DNA of 43,155 bases from Octopus bimaculoides (taxonomy: Eukaryota), in NCBI RefSeq assembly GCF_001194135.2, contig NC_068988.1:81191125-81234279 (forward strand), in the 5' to 3' direction. The notes beneath the pieces were generated by a model. The model was not told the origin of the DNA. It saw only the letters and a program-made list of their open reading frames with translations, and made no database searches. This document shows, piece after piece, positions 1-10,150 of this stretch. Numbering within the stretch: the first letter of the stretch is position 1; each line of letters opens with the position of its first letter. A program made the translations under genes and the position numbers.

Positions 1-403
1 ATACACACACACACACGGGAGAGAAAAAGAGAGAGAATGTCCAACAATAACAAATAAAATGTAATTTAAATGCATACGTGTATGTTGTTTCTTGATGGGG
101 TCCCATTCAGAATTTCCAACATCCCACGTGATGTCATATGATTCCATGCTGCCTTCTGTGTCAAAAGATTTTGCTTGTTCCATTTCTTCAGATTTCCGTC
201 TTAGCCGCTTTAAACTATTTGATGAATCAGCATTCGTTAACACTGCACATAGAGATAATTAAGTAACAGTTAAGATAAACAGAATCACACACATCTAATG
301 ATTTGTAGAAATCGTTCACTTGTTTTTAATGTGGTTTTCAATACCAAATGCTTTCATCAAATTCTTGTGACCTGTCCACTTAATTGTGTTATATGTATAT
401 ATA

Positions 404-546
404 AGAGAGAGAGAGAGAGAGAGAGATAGGAGGGAGTGAGGGAGGGGGAGAGGGAACGGGAGAGAGGGAGGGATGGAGGGGGAGAGAGAGGGAGGGGAGA
501 GAGAGAGAGAGAAAAACCATATGGAAGTCTGCTGAGTGTGTGTGTG

Positions 547-627
<81 letters not shown>

Positions 628-650
628 AGAGAGAAAGAGAGAGTGTGAGT
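404..650. repeat. (GA)n / purine-rich microsatellite
   Basis: Long GA dinucleotide runs with GGA-rich and (GT)n interruptions; explains ORFs 316..666, 389..664 and 436..648. Confidence 0.95.
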
Positions 651-1534
651 GCATGTACATGCACATTATTGCATTTATTATGAATTAATTAGCAATCCAC
701 ATTATCTAAAATTAGGGCTCTTATCAGAAAGAGAAGCTTAGTGACAAATTTAACATGTGCCTACTCTTCATCCTGGAATTCATTCAGAATTTCTAAGTCT
801 GTGGAAATTTCTGTTTGCAGAATTAAAGAAAAATCAATTTGTAACTTAAAAGAGTGGATGACCTGAATTAGATGATCTTAAGGTGAATATTGTTATAAAC
901 AATATACTAGATAGTAACAAGAATAAAAATAATATAGACCTGTATTCCATTGGGAACAGAGAAACAGTTTTGCTCTTTTTGCACAAACCATGTACCCAGA
1001 GGGTTCAATAGGAGTCTGGCAAACTAGCAGAAGATCAAGACTATGGTACATTCATTAGATTAATGGTGTGCCCACGCACTGATTGAGGCAACATTGGTAA
1101 AAGCCAAACATAATTAGAAAGTAAAATAAAAAAGCCAGCATTTTGCCTATCAGTCTTTGCAATCAATTTAATTACAGTTTAATTAAAGTGTTCTAAAAAG
1201 GGTTGCCTTAAGTTAGCTATAGCTGGAGACCATTTTGAACATAAAAGAATTTTCCTCTTTCTTTGATTAACCATTCATGAACAAGCTGCTCTTAGACCCA
1301 CCTGTCTACTTTTCTTGGTTTCACCGCCACAAAATGGAAACAGATGCCTTAATTAACAAAGCCTGTTAAACCAAATGAGAAATCATTTGCCATTTGTTAT
1401 TTCAACTAAAAACACATTATCTGCTTGTAGACAGTTTATCTTAGAAACATGGAAATATGATTAACACTTTTTCTAAAATACAAATTACACAGTTGATTTG
1501 GTAAAACACAATGACATACATTTTCTCAAAGACA

Positions 1535-1697
1535 TTTATGTAAACTTTATTTTGATTGATGTTGTAAATTACAGTGTGTTATACTATAATCTATGTAAAC
1601 TTTATTTTGATTGATGTTGTAAATTACAGTGTGTTATACTCTAATTTATGTAAACTTTATTTTGATTGATGTTGTAAATTATGGTGTGTTATACTCT
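1535..1697. repeat. Tandem minisatellite, 55-bp unit x3
   Basis: TATGTAAACTTTATTTTGATTGATGTTGTAAATTACAGTGTGTTATACT recurs at 1537, 1592 and 1647 (period 55), nearly identical, no spacers. Confidence 0.95.
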
Positions 1698-2828
1698 CTG
1701 TCTAAATTACTGTTCTATTTAAAATCAGTGCTCACAGACCATATGCTATCTAACTACAAATCAACTTGTACCAATAAGATTTGAAGAGATCTACTTCTGC
1801 TGGTATGTGGAAAATGAGGAATGAATGATTCATAATCTATTATTTTTGTTGTTGCTATCTGTGAACATTCCTTTGCCTACAAACACTTTTCTTTGGATAC
1901 ATATACTAAGAAGGAGTGTAAGAAAGGGGGAGTCACTGAGAGAGGGGCTGAGTGATTTAAAGCATAATTGAAATTCTATAATTAAGTAGTTGTAGTTGTG
2001 TTATAATAAAAATAAGGAGCTTATAGATTCAGAAAGTTTTCAGCGGAATTCTAAAACCTGTATTTTAGTATTTGTTGAATTAAGAGAAGTTGGCAAAAAT
2101 TGTAAAACATTAGTTAGATAAGTATTAGTATATTTAATAGTCAGAGCATTAAAGAACTAATTAGAAATAAGTATGTGCTGAGATAAATGGGTAACTAAGT
2201 ACTAACACATTTAATGTTTGGAGCATTAAAAAGCTAACTAACAATAAATGTATAGAAATATAAACAGATAGATAAACATAGAGATTGGTAAGTTAGCATC
2301 AAAATCTTTTAGGTAGAGAGCATTAAAAAGCTAATGTGTGTGTTTATGTGTTAGTTCTAACTTAATATCATTTTCATTTTTTAGAAGAATTACAATATTT
2401 AGTTTTGATTCTCCAGGTTCCAAATTTCCCCAAAGATGGCTTTACTTTGCTTCATTCAACTGATCCTATCAATCAAACAACTGAAAGGTCTTTTTTGTGT
2501 GTTTGTGAGTGGGGAAGGGGTGGGAGAAGAGTAAGTTTACAGAAACACTGGTAAATAAATATCCTAGAATGAATTATAAAAACTGATGAGTAACACGAGT
2601 GCTACCATAATGAATATAGTGAACCAAGAAATTTTAATTAATGAAATTACAACCAAGAGAGGTGAAAAGAAACAATATCTTTATGATTAATTCTGGTCTA
2701 GAGACAGGAGTCAACCATAAAATTTCATTTAATTAGAATTAGAATAATAATAGATTGTATGTAGGACAGTATGGGTATAACTCTGAATATGTCTTTACGT
2801 TATTAAATCACATTAGTAAAGTATAGTC

Positions 2829-3412
2829 CAGTGGTTCTCAAACTGGGGTCAGTGGTCCCTTAGGGGACTGTGAAGTGATTTTAGGGAGACCACGAAGACA
2901 CAAAGAGACACTGGAATACTGTGAAAACGGGGTGGCTTGAGACAGTTTTAAAATTTCAAGACTTTCAACTTTTTTCACATGCTATCATCCCTTTTTGTCA
3001 TTGGCCTCAAAACCCCATGTCACTCCTACACACTCATTTGCTATTCACACTTGTTGTACAAGTGTGACTGGCTGATAGAAAATATGTGGTTATAACAGTT
3101 GATCATGCATGTGTTGTTAGTATTTTTCGTTTCTCATTTGTTTTGTTGTTTTGTAACTAATTAATCAACTGGTTCCCTGTATTTTCATGTGCATCTATTG
3201 TATCCTGATGGGGCATTGTCTAGATTAAGTTGGGGTTTTTGGGGTTGCGGGTCTATGGGCAGTGTGGTTCATAGTCTGGAAATTATGATACATAACTGTA
3301 TGTTATTTTTTTTCATGTTGATTATCCTGCATTTTATAGGGGACCGTGAATCATCAAAAAGGCTCGATGGGGGCAGGCACATAAAATTCTTCGTAAAGTT
3401 TGAGAACTACTA
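2829..3412. mobile_element. Non-autonomous hAT DNA transposon (Charlie/Buster-like ends)
   Basis: TIRs CAGTGGTTCTCAAACT (2829-2844) and AGTTTGAGAACTACTA (3397-3412), 14/16 match; perfect 8-bp TSD GTATAGTC at 2821-2828 and 3413-3420. No transposase ORF. Confidence 0.92.
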
Positions 3413-3959
3413 GTATAGTCTACCTATTACTGCTACAAATCAGAATGAATAGAGAAAATATAATGAGAATAAACATAAGATGGAAACATGGACATAGTTG
3501 TCACTGTATCAGATTTGCTCACCATTGTTTTTCATATCTATAATCAATTTTCATCAATTAAAATTCTAGGATTGTTTCCCCTACTTTTGTGACCAGTTAG
3601 TTATTTACATTCTGATTTGCTTATCCACACTATGGATATCATTTTTAGGGTATGAAAATGTCTTGGGTCATTAAATTAAGTACATTACATAAAATTAAGT
3701 ACATTTATAGTATTAGGTTTTTGTGAGGTCAACGTTATCATTCGAACAAGGATAAATAGACTAAATATTAATAATCAATAGGGGTTTATTTAATTCAGTC
3801 GATGACACCAGTCAGTGAAGAATATAAGTCTTTCTGTCTAGTCAAACAACAATTGTTACAAGAAGATGTTTTAAAAAGTTGACCACTAATAATGTTATTT
3901 AAGCATCATGAAACCTCTATTGTTACTTATATCTTTGTGTGTAACTGCAAACTAACATA

Positions 3960-4235
3960 TTACTAGCTAGCTACATCATCTACCTACACACATCACAATG
4001 TGCATTTATTTTTGGAAATCTAGATTGCTAGTTACCTGAATCACCTATCTACACGTGCCATAATATGTATATCTGCACATCACCTCCTACACACACCACA
4101 ATGCATGTGTCTGTTTGCAAAGTAATATATTGATATAGTTAGCTACATCAATATTGCCACACTCACATAACAATGTGTATAACTAACTGTAGTTAGCTAG
4201 CTACGTTACCTACCTACATTAACATCAAACAATGT
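3960..4235. repeat. Degenerate tandem repeat (TAGCTACATCA...CACA...CAATGTG units)
   Basis: Motif TAGCTAGCTACATCATCTACCTACACACATCACAATG recurs in decayed form 4-5 times at irregular spacing. Confidence 0.55.
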
Positions 4236-4290
4236 TGGTATACTTTAGAAATTCAATTAAGAAAAGTCATGTTTAATTTATAAAATATTA

Positions 4291-4455
4291 GGCGTAGGAG
4301 TGGCTGTGTGGTAAGTAACTTACTTACAAACCACATGGTTCTGGTTTCAGTCCTACTGCGTGGCACCTTGGGCAAGTATCTTCTACTATAGCCTCGGGCT
4401 GACCAAAGCCTTGTGAGTGGATTTGGGAGACGGAAACTGAAAGAAGACCGTCGTA

Positions 4456-4532
<77 letters not shown>

Positions 4533-4751
4533 ATGTTTGTGTGTCTGTGTTTGTCCCCCAACATCGCTTGACAACTGATGCTGGTGTGTTTACGTCCCCG
4601 TAACTTAGTGGTTCGGCAAAAGAGACTGATAGAATAAATACTAGGCTTCCAAAGAATAAGTCCTGGGGTTGATTTGCTCGACTAAAGGCAGTGCTCCAGC
4701 ATGGCCACAGTCAAATGACTGAAACAAGTAAAAGAGTAAAAGAGTAAAGAG
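4291..4751 (+). mobile_element. Full-length tRNA-derived SINE with CORE-like segment and internal (TA)n expansion
   Basis: A-box-like TGGCTGTGTGGTAA, B-box-like GGTTTCAGTCC, CORE-like CACCTTGGGCAAG, internal (TA)n at about 4452-4530, (AAAGAGTA)n tail; a second copy lies inverted at 27583-27955. Confidence 0.88.
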
Positions 4752-4849
4752 AGAATCACCCAACAGAAATATTTCTGTTTTCTGCTACAACAACCACAAC
4801 AAATTTCAACACATGCCACAACAGTTACTAGCACATCATTCCACTTGAT

Positions 4850-5010
4850 AGATATAGCAGCTAAATTTCCCTAAAATGATGCTCTCCAATCTTAAAACTG
4901 GATGGACATTGGACATTGTCATCTAATACAAATCCTAAAAAGGTAGGGTGGTCATGGATTTTCATTCTAGGTTAGGTGTGTAAGGGCTGACCTGGGACTA
5001 ATCAATGATA
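4850..5010 (+). mobile_element. Old interspersed repeat family B (probable SINE 3' part), copy
   Basis: Shares ATAGCAGC(C/T)AAAT..CCCT.AAAT and GGGCTGACCTGGG.CTAA motifs with six other loci in the window. Confidence 0.6.
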
Positions 5011-5882
5011 CCCACCAAAACCTAAATATTAAACCTCACACACAGCCATCACTTGCAGCTAAGTTTACTGATTTTACACAGTTAAGACTCGACTGTAAAA
5101 CTCTATTGAAGGGAAATGGAATGTACTTAAATTTATATCTATTTTATGAGTGAGACATAGTAATTAGGGCAACATTCATGACAATTTTTAGGACTTCCAA
5201 AACTGATAGCAGGTAATGAAGAAGTTATATTGAGAGGTAACGACTGGCCTAAATGCTTGCAACAGAAAGCATCTGCTAAAGACATCCAAGCATCAAAAGC
5301 CAGTGTTGAACTGAATGATGGATTACAGGTCAGCAGGTTGTGTTAAACCGGAGAATGGATTAAGGGCCAGTTGGTGGTGGAGAGAAGAGAGAAAGAGAGG
5401 GGGAGTTACCTTCCTCTTTTATGCTAATTTTTGCTGTTATATTTTCATTTCTAACTCAATCCATTCACATACATAGGCTTCCTCACCCACACATATACTT
5501 TACCCTCCCCTACATAGACACTCTTTACCCTTTCCACCCCCGGAGGTAATTTGAGAAAATTTAGTTAATTTTTGAGCTGGATGTAATTATTTGATAGATG
5601 AAAAGAGTTGAAAGTCAACAAATAGAGCAAACAATTACTCTGATATCAAAAAGTGTAGCAGACACTATTTATAAATATATAATCAAAGTAAATGTCGCTT
5701 ATAAATAAGCATTCATATGTTACTTATAGATCAACAAATACATCAAACATTACCTTTAAAGACAGCAAGTCTATAAGATATAACAAATAGATCAAGCATT
5801 TACTTTTAAAGATTAGAAGTAGATCAGACATTACTTATAAAACAATATATCGAGTTACTTATGAAGACAATGAGCCAAAGAG

Positions 5883-6085
5883 GAAACCTCTACATTGTTG
5901 CTTAACCTGCAACAAGTAGTAGCCAAACTGCCTTTAATCGCACACAGTCATCTTAAAAAAAAAGTAAGAACACAATTGTGTAGTCTTAAATATTACAGAG
6001 TCTGAAAATAAGATGTGTTATGTCTGCTTTATCTCTGACCTTAGGTCTTCTTGATCAAAGCTGATCTTGGGCTAAACAACAAAAT
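5883..6085 (+). mobile_element. Old interspersed repeat family B, copy
   Basis: CTCTACATTGTTGCTTAACCTGC ... AGCTGATCTTGGGCTAAACAAC; same family as 4850, 13090, 16945, 19445, 23000 and 26890. Confidence 0.65.
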
Positions 6086-6107
6086 AAATAGAACAGATGT
6101 TACTTAC

Positions 6108-6765
6108 AGGCAGGAGAAGCCATATTCTGTAACTGTAGACGTAAAGTTAATGAGAGCGCCGACTGGTAATCCTGGCCACCATCAGAGATATGTGACAACA
6201 ATTCTTCGACTTGAGCTATCAAATTGGCTAATACTTCAACAGGAACACAATCAGCAGAATGTTGGCTAGTCTCTAGACTTGCATCAGTTTGGGTTGATCC
6301 ATCTACCCATGACGTATTCAACAAATTGAGATTTTTTATTTCAATCTGTTTAGTCTTTAACAATTTACGTTCACGAATTGAACGTAATGTTTCAGCTAAG
6401 AGTTCATGTGAACTGCTGCTGGTATCTTCATCATCACCATCTTCGTCTTCTTCTTCTTCATCTTCTTCTTCCTCCTCATCAGCTTCAGCGTTCGAGTCAA
6501 CGTAAGCCAGTTGACTCTTGTCTGCTTCTTCAGCATCATAGAAGACATCTTCACCTGAGTCAAAGTCATCATCAATATCACATTCAGTTTCTTTGTGGAC
6601 AACAGGTTGTAAGGTGTTTTCCCTTAGTTTGTCTTCAGTTGCTGTTTGAGTTTCATCTTCACCAGTTGACTTTGTAGCAGCAAAAGTCTCCTTACAGTTA
6701 TTGGAACATTCATCATTGATACCTTCTGTTGCTGGGTCCTTGTCCACCTTGTTTCCCATTATAGC
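6108..6765 (-). CDS. Coding exon (658 nt) of an unidentified gene: acidic, largely disordered segment followed by a predicted helical region
   Basis: Stop-free frame AIMGNKVDK...NMASPA of 219 codons with higher GC than its flanks. Polypyrimidine acceptor TTCTATTTCTCTCTATTTTGTTAG (AG = plus 6766-6767) and consensus donor GTAAGT (plus ACTTAC 6102-6107). Starts phase 0, ends phase 1. The ATG at 6759 could alternatively be the start codon. Confidence 0.85.
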
Positions 6766-7160
6766 CTAACAAAATAGAGAGAAATAGAATGCTGAAATTT
6801 GTAAATTATTGTATGCATGACAAAAGACAACAATGTTAGAGAAAAAAACACAAAGATAAAACACCATCAGACTACAATGTAAAACAAGATTAATAAAAAT
6901 AATGGGAGATATAACAAAACTGGAACCCCACTCGCTGTAAAATGGTACCACCACTTATATTCTTATATATATATATATACATACAAACACACACATACAT
7001 ATATATACATGTGTGTGTATATATATATATATANNNNNNNNNNNNNNNNNNNNNNNNNNNNNNNNNNNNNNNNNNNNNNNNNNNNNNNNNNNNNNNNNNN
7101 NNNNNNNNNNNNNNNNNNNNNNNNNNNACATATATATACATACATATATTTATGTATATA

Positions 7161-7350
7161 AATTCGCCATGATAGATCGCTGACCACTACACACATTTTT
7201 TTCTCTCCTTGTTTCTTCCTGTGTTCCTTTCTGTGGAAGAGCGTAGGCTCGAAACATTAAAGACTTTTTCAATTCCCGAGCGTTATACTAATACATCTAT
7301 TTGTTTTCTACACCACCTGTCTTCATATGTTGTTTTTTTTGTGAATTCTC
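7161..7350 (+). mobile_element. Penelope-like terminal-repeat fragment, copy 1
   Basis: CCATGATAGATCGCT..CCACTA..TTCCTTTCTG..GCGTAGG.TCGAAA..AAAGACTTTT..GAGCGTTA.ACTAATACATCT is repeated in 7400-7705; contains a hammerhead-like motif; followed by (TA)n. PLE assignment is inferred from the motif. Confidence 0.6.
7227..7262 (+). ncRNA. Degenerate minimal type I hammerhead ribozyme motif
   Basis: CTTT [CTGTGGA] A GAGC-GTAG-GCTC [GAAA] C ATT AAAG: stem I CTTT/AAAG, perfect stem II. Core A6 is T and the stem III G is A, so probably inactive. Confidence 0.55.
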
Positions 7351-7353
7351 CCT

Positions 7354-7398
<45 letters not shown>

Positions 7399-7399
7399 T

Positions 7400-7705
7400 A
7401 CATTGTGGTTTGTGTAGGAGGTGATGTGCAAATATACACATAATGTTGGGATCACTACTACTTTATTATCTCCCCATCTTCTTCGCTCTCCTGTATGACC
7501 CCTCCGCCTGCCATTTTCCATGATAGATCGCTAGCCACTAAACCTTCTTCTATTTTCTCTCCTTATTTATTTCTGTGTTCCTTTCTGTCGAACGGCGTAG
7601 GATCGAAAAGTAAAAGACTTTTTCACTTACAGAGCGTTAAACTAATACATCTGTTTGTTGTTTACACACTCGTCTTCGTTTCTTGTTTTTTTTGTAAATT
7701 TTCAC
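7400..7705 (+). mobile_element. Penelope-like terminal-repeat fragment, copy 2 (longer 5' part)
   Basis: Direct-repeat partner of 7161-7350 at about 350-bp spacing; followed by (TA)n and a gap. Confidence 0.6.
7581..7616 (+). ncRNA. Degenerate minimal hammerhead motif, second tandem copy
   Basis: CTTT [CTGTCGA] A CGGC-GTAG-GATC [GAAA] A GTA AAAG: stem I retained, GTA cleavage triplet, stem II disrupted. Confidence 0.45.
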
Positions 7706-8124
7706 TATATACATACATATATACACCTATGTATGTATATATATATATATATATATNNNNNNNNNNNNNNNNNNNNNNNNNNNNNNNNNNNNNNNNNNNN
7801 NNNNNNNNNNNNNNNNNNNNNNNNNNNNNNNNNNNNNNNNNNNNNNNNNNNNNNNNATATATATATATATATAAATTTTGATATTTTCATTTATGATACC
7901 TAATGTAATTAACTTTAATATTCATAACAATTGAAAAAAAACTCATCGTTTGATTATCACAATTTATGTGAAGACATTTTCATAATCTTATGGAAGATAT
8001 TTTAATCATTAGAAAGTAAAATCATTTTTAGTAAATTATTATGAGCACATAAAACATCAATAATGAAAATGAATTGAGATACACATTGAAATCATTCATA
8101 TCAAGTGAAAATGAATAGTGAAGA

Positions 8125-9255
8125 ACTCTTTTGATGTCACAATAGGAAGCTGTGACAGAGTAGTTGTGTATCTAGTTAGGACTTTTTATCCTATATATAA
8201 TCCAAGCAATAAAGGAAAGGAGGCCAATATAGGATGATACAGGGATGATAATATAAGGGTGGTATAAAACAAAATGGATAGTATTAGGAAATAACTGGGA
8301 ATATTAACACAACTTTGATCTAAGAATCACTGACAAAACCAATCTTAAAGCATTCAAGTAGTTAGACATTAATATAGAACTTAGTACAGATAAATATTAT
8401 CCCTGTTATAAACAAAATGAAAAAAAAAACATGAACATAAATAGACACTCAAATCTCCCACCATCTATTAATGAACAAATTACCAAAAATACAAGTAGAC
8501 ACATTTCAAGTATATCTTCAGATGAATCTACTTACAATAAAGCTATTGTAGACTATATAAAGCAATGTACTGGTGATGTCCAACTTAAAAAATATCACCT
8601 ATATTGTAACCACCTCAACTAAATCTAGGGAACATAAGTGGAAGAAGATACTGTGGTTCAATCCACCATATAGTATGAATGTAACACCAAACACAGCTAG
8701 ATGTATCCTCACCCTAGTCAATATTGACTTCCAATGAACACAAACATAAATATGAAATATTCAACAGACGTACAGTTTAACTAAGTTAAAGCTACCTCCT
8801 TAACAAGCTTACAAATCTTCAACCACAAAAAACCCCAACTTACTCTGCACAATACTTATGCAACATCAGATCTTCTGAACACAGTCCTTGAGAAATAACT
8901 GGTATACAGAACCAACATCCCTGATGTACACAGTATGATAAAAAATTGTATTTGACTTACAGGGAACACATTTAAGAAAATATTCACACAATATTCATTC
9001 GGAGATAGAAGCAAATGTAATAGGATAACATTATCCAAACTTGTATAGAACCTAAAGGACTGCAGAGTAATTAATCCATTCATAAACTGGAGTATTGTTG
9101 CTAAAACCAATCAATATAATGGACAAAGCAGCAGGTGTAATCTATGCATTACAGAGAAGCTAAAGATGTTGACCTTATCAGCAAATGTAATCAATATATG
9201 GTAAGAAACATTTTCTCCTTGCATAAACAGAATGCATTTCAAATTTACAAAATGT
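8125..9255 (+). mobile_element. Decayed Penelope-like element (RT C-terminal half plus GIY-YIG endonuclease remnant)
   Basis: Translated fragments FDVTIGSCD, GGCCAATATAGGATGAT (frameshifted YRDD, about 8222-8238), FK*LDINIEL, NINRHSNLPPSI, KILWFNPPYSMNV, EIFNRRTV, LTGNTFK, NWSIVAK, RCNLCITEKLK match the PLE ORF layout; many stops and frameshifts. Confidence 0.85.
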
Positions 9256-9679
9256 TATACACATCCTAAATCATTAAACCATAAACACAACCTGATTGTT
9301 CTGGCTCTTTTCACACCTCCTACTCCATTTTCTAAGTTCCTCAACTCTACAACAACCCACAACCCCAACATCTATTTAGTTTATAAATACTTAAATCCTG
9401 TAAAACCCTACACCTCCCAAACTGATTACATCCATCATCTAAAAACTTAATATCAACATGTAACAATACAACAGCAAATATACACCAACACATCAAATCT
9501 CCTACAACTAAACCCTCCTCCTGCATTCACAAAACACATGATCCCTTTACCTTAACAATTACATAACAAAACCCACTAATATTACACAACTACTCCATAA
9601 TACAAAAGACTACAGTAATGACTCATACATATAGCTTTAACACATTAACCTCACAATAAGAAATACAATTGCTATCTTC

Positions 9680-10150
9680 AATTTAGTTTCTGTGCCTGTC
9701 CTCAACTATGGTCATGAATGTTGAGTAATGATCAAAAGTATGACAGTGAATAGAAATGGCTAAATTGGGGATTCCTGTAAAGGATCTCTGGTGCAAAGTT
9801 ATTTGACAAGGTGTGCAGCTTACAAATCAAAAAGTCTCTTGAGGTAAATCTGCTATTTCCCAACATTGCAATGTCACAGATCCAGTACCACAGACATGGA
9901 ATTAGAATGTCACATGAAAGAATTGAAAGAGATTTTTCAAGCCAAGGCAACCAGCAGGAGATCTAGGAGTAGACCAAGAGCAAGATGGTCGAATAATATC
10001 CATAGTCACAGTTGGGAATCTAACCAGATTCTAACAGTTGGGAATCTACTTGGGAATCTAACCAGAAAGTGTATTCAAGGTTGCTTCTGATAGAACCCTA
10101 TGGAACAGGAGCCTGAGAACTCTAACTCCACGACCCTTACAGAAATAAAT
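9680..10150 (+). mobile_element. RTE-clade LINE (Rex3/Expander-like) 3' ORF2 fragment
   Basis: Decayed VPVLNYGHEC, AKLFDKVCS, FQAKATSRRSRSRPRARWSNNIHSHSW. Confidence 0.8.

Noticed and set aside
316-666. ORFs made of SL/RE/YI/HT repeats (also 4253-4574, 14135-14613, 15090-15471, 37067-37294, 38738-38953, 42687-43142)
   Set aside because: Translations of microsatellites.
1535-1697. CRISPR-like array
   Set aside because: Units are contiguous with no unique spacers, no cas genes, eukaryotic context.
6100-6759. ORF-track 219-aa ORF as a complete single-exon gene
   Set aside because: Its last codons and stop (TGT AAG TAA) overlap a consensus GTAAGT donor, and the frame extends upstream to an acceptor, so it is better read as a spliced exon.
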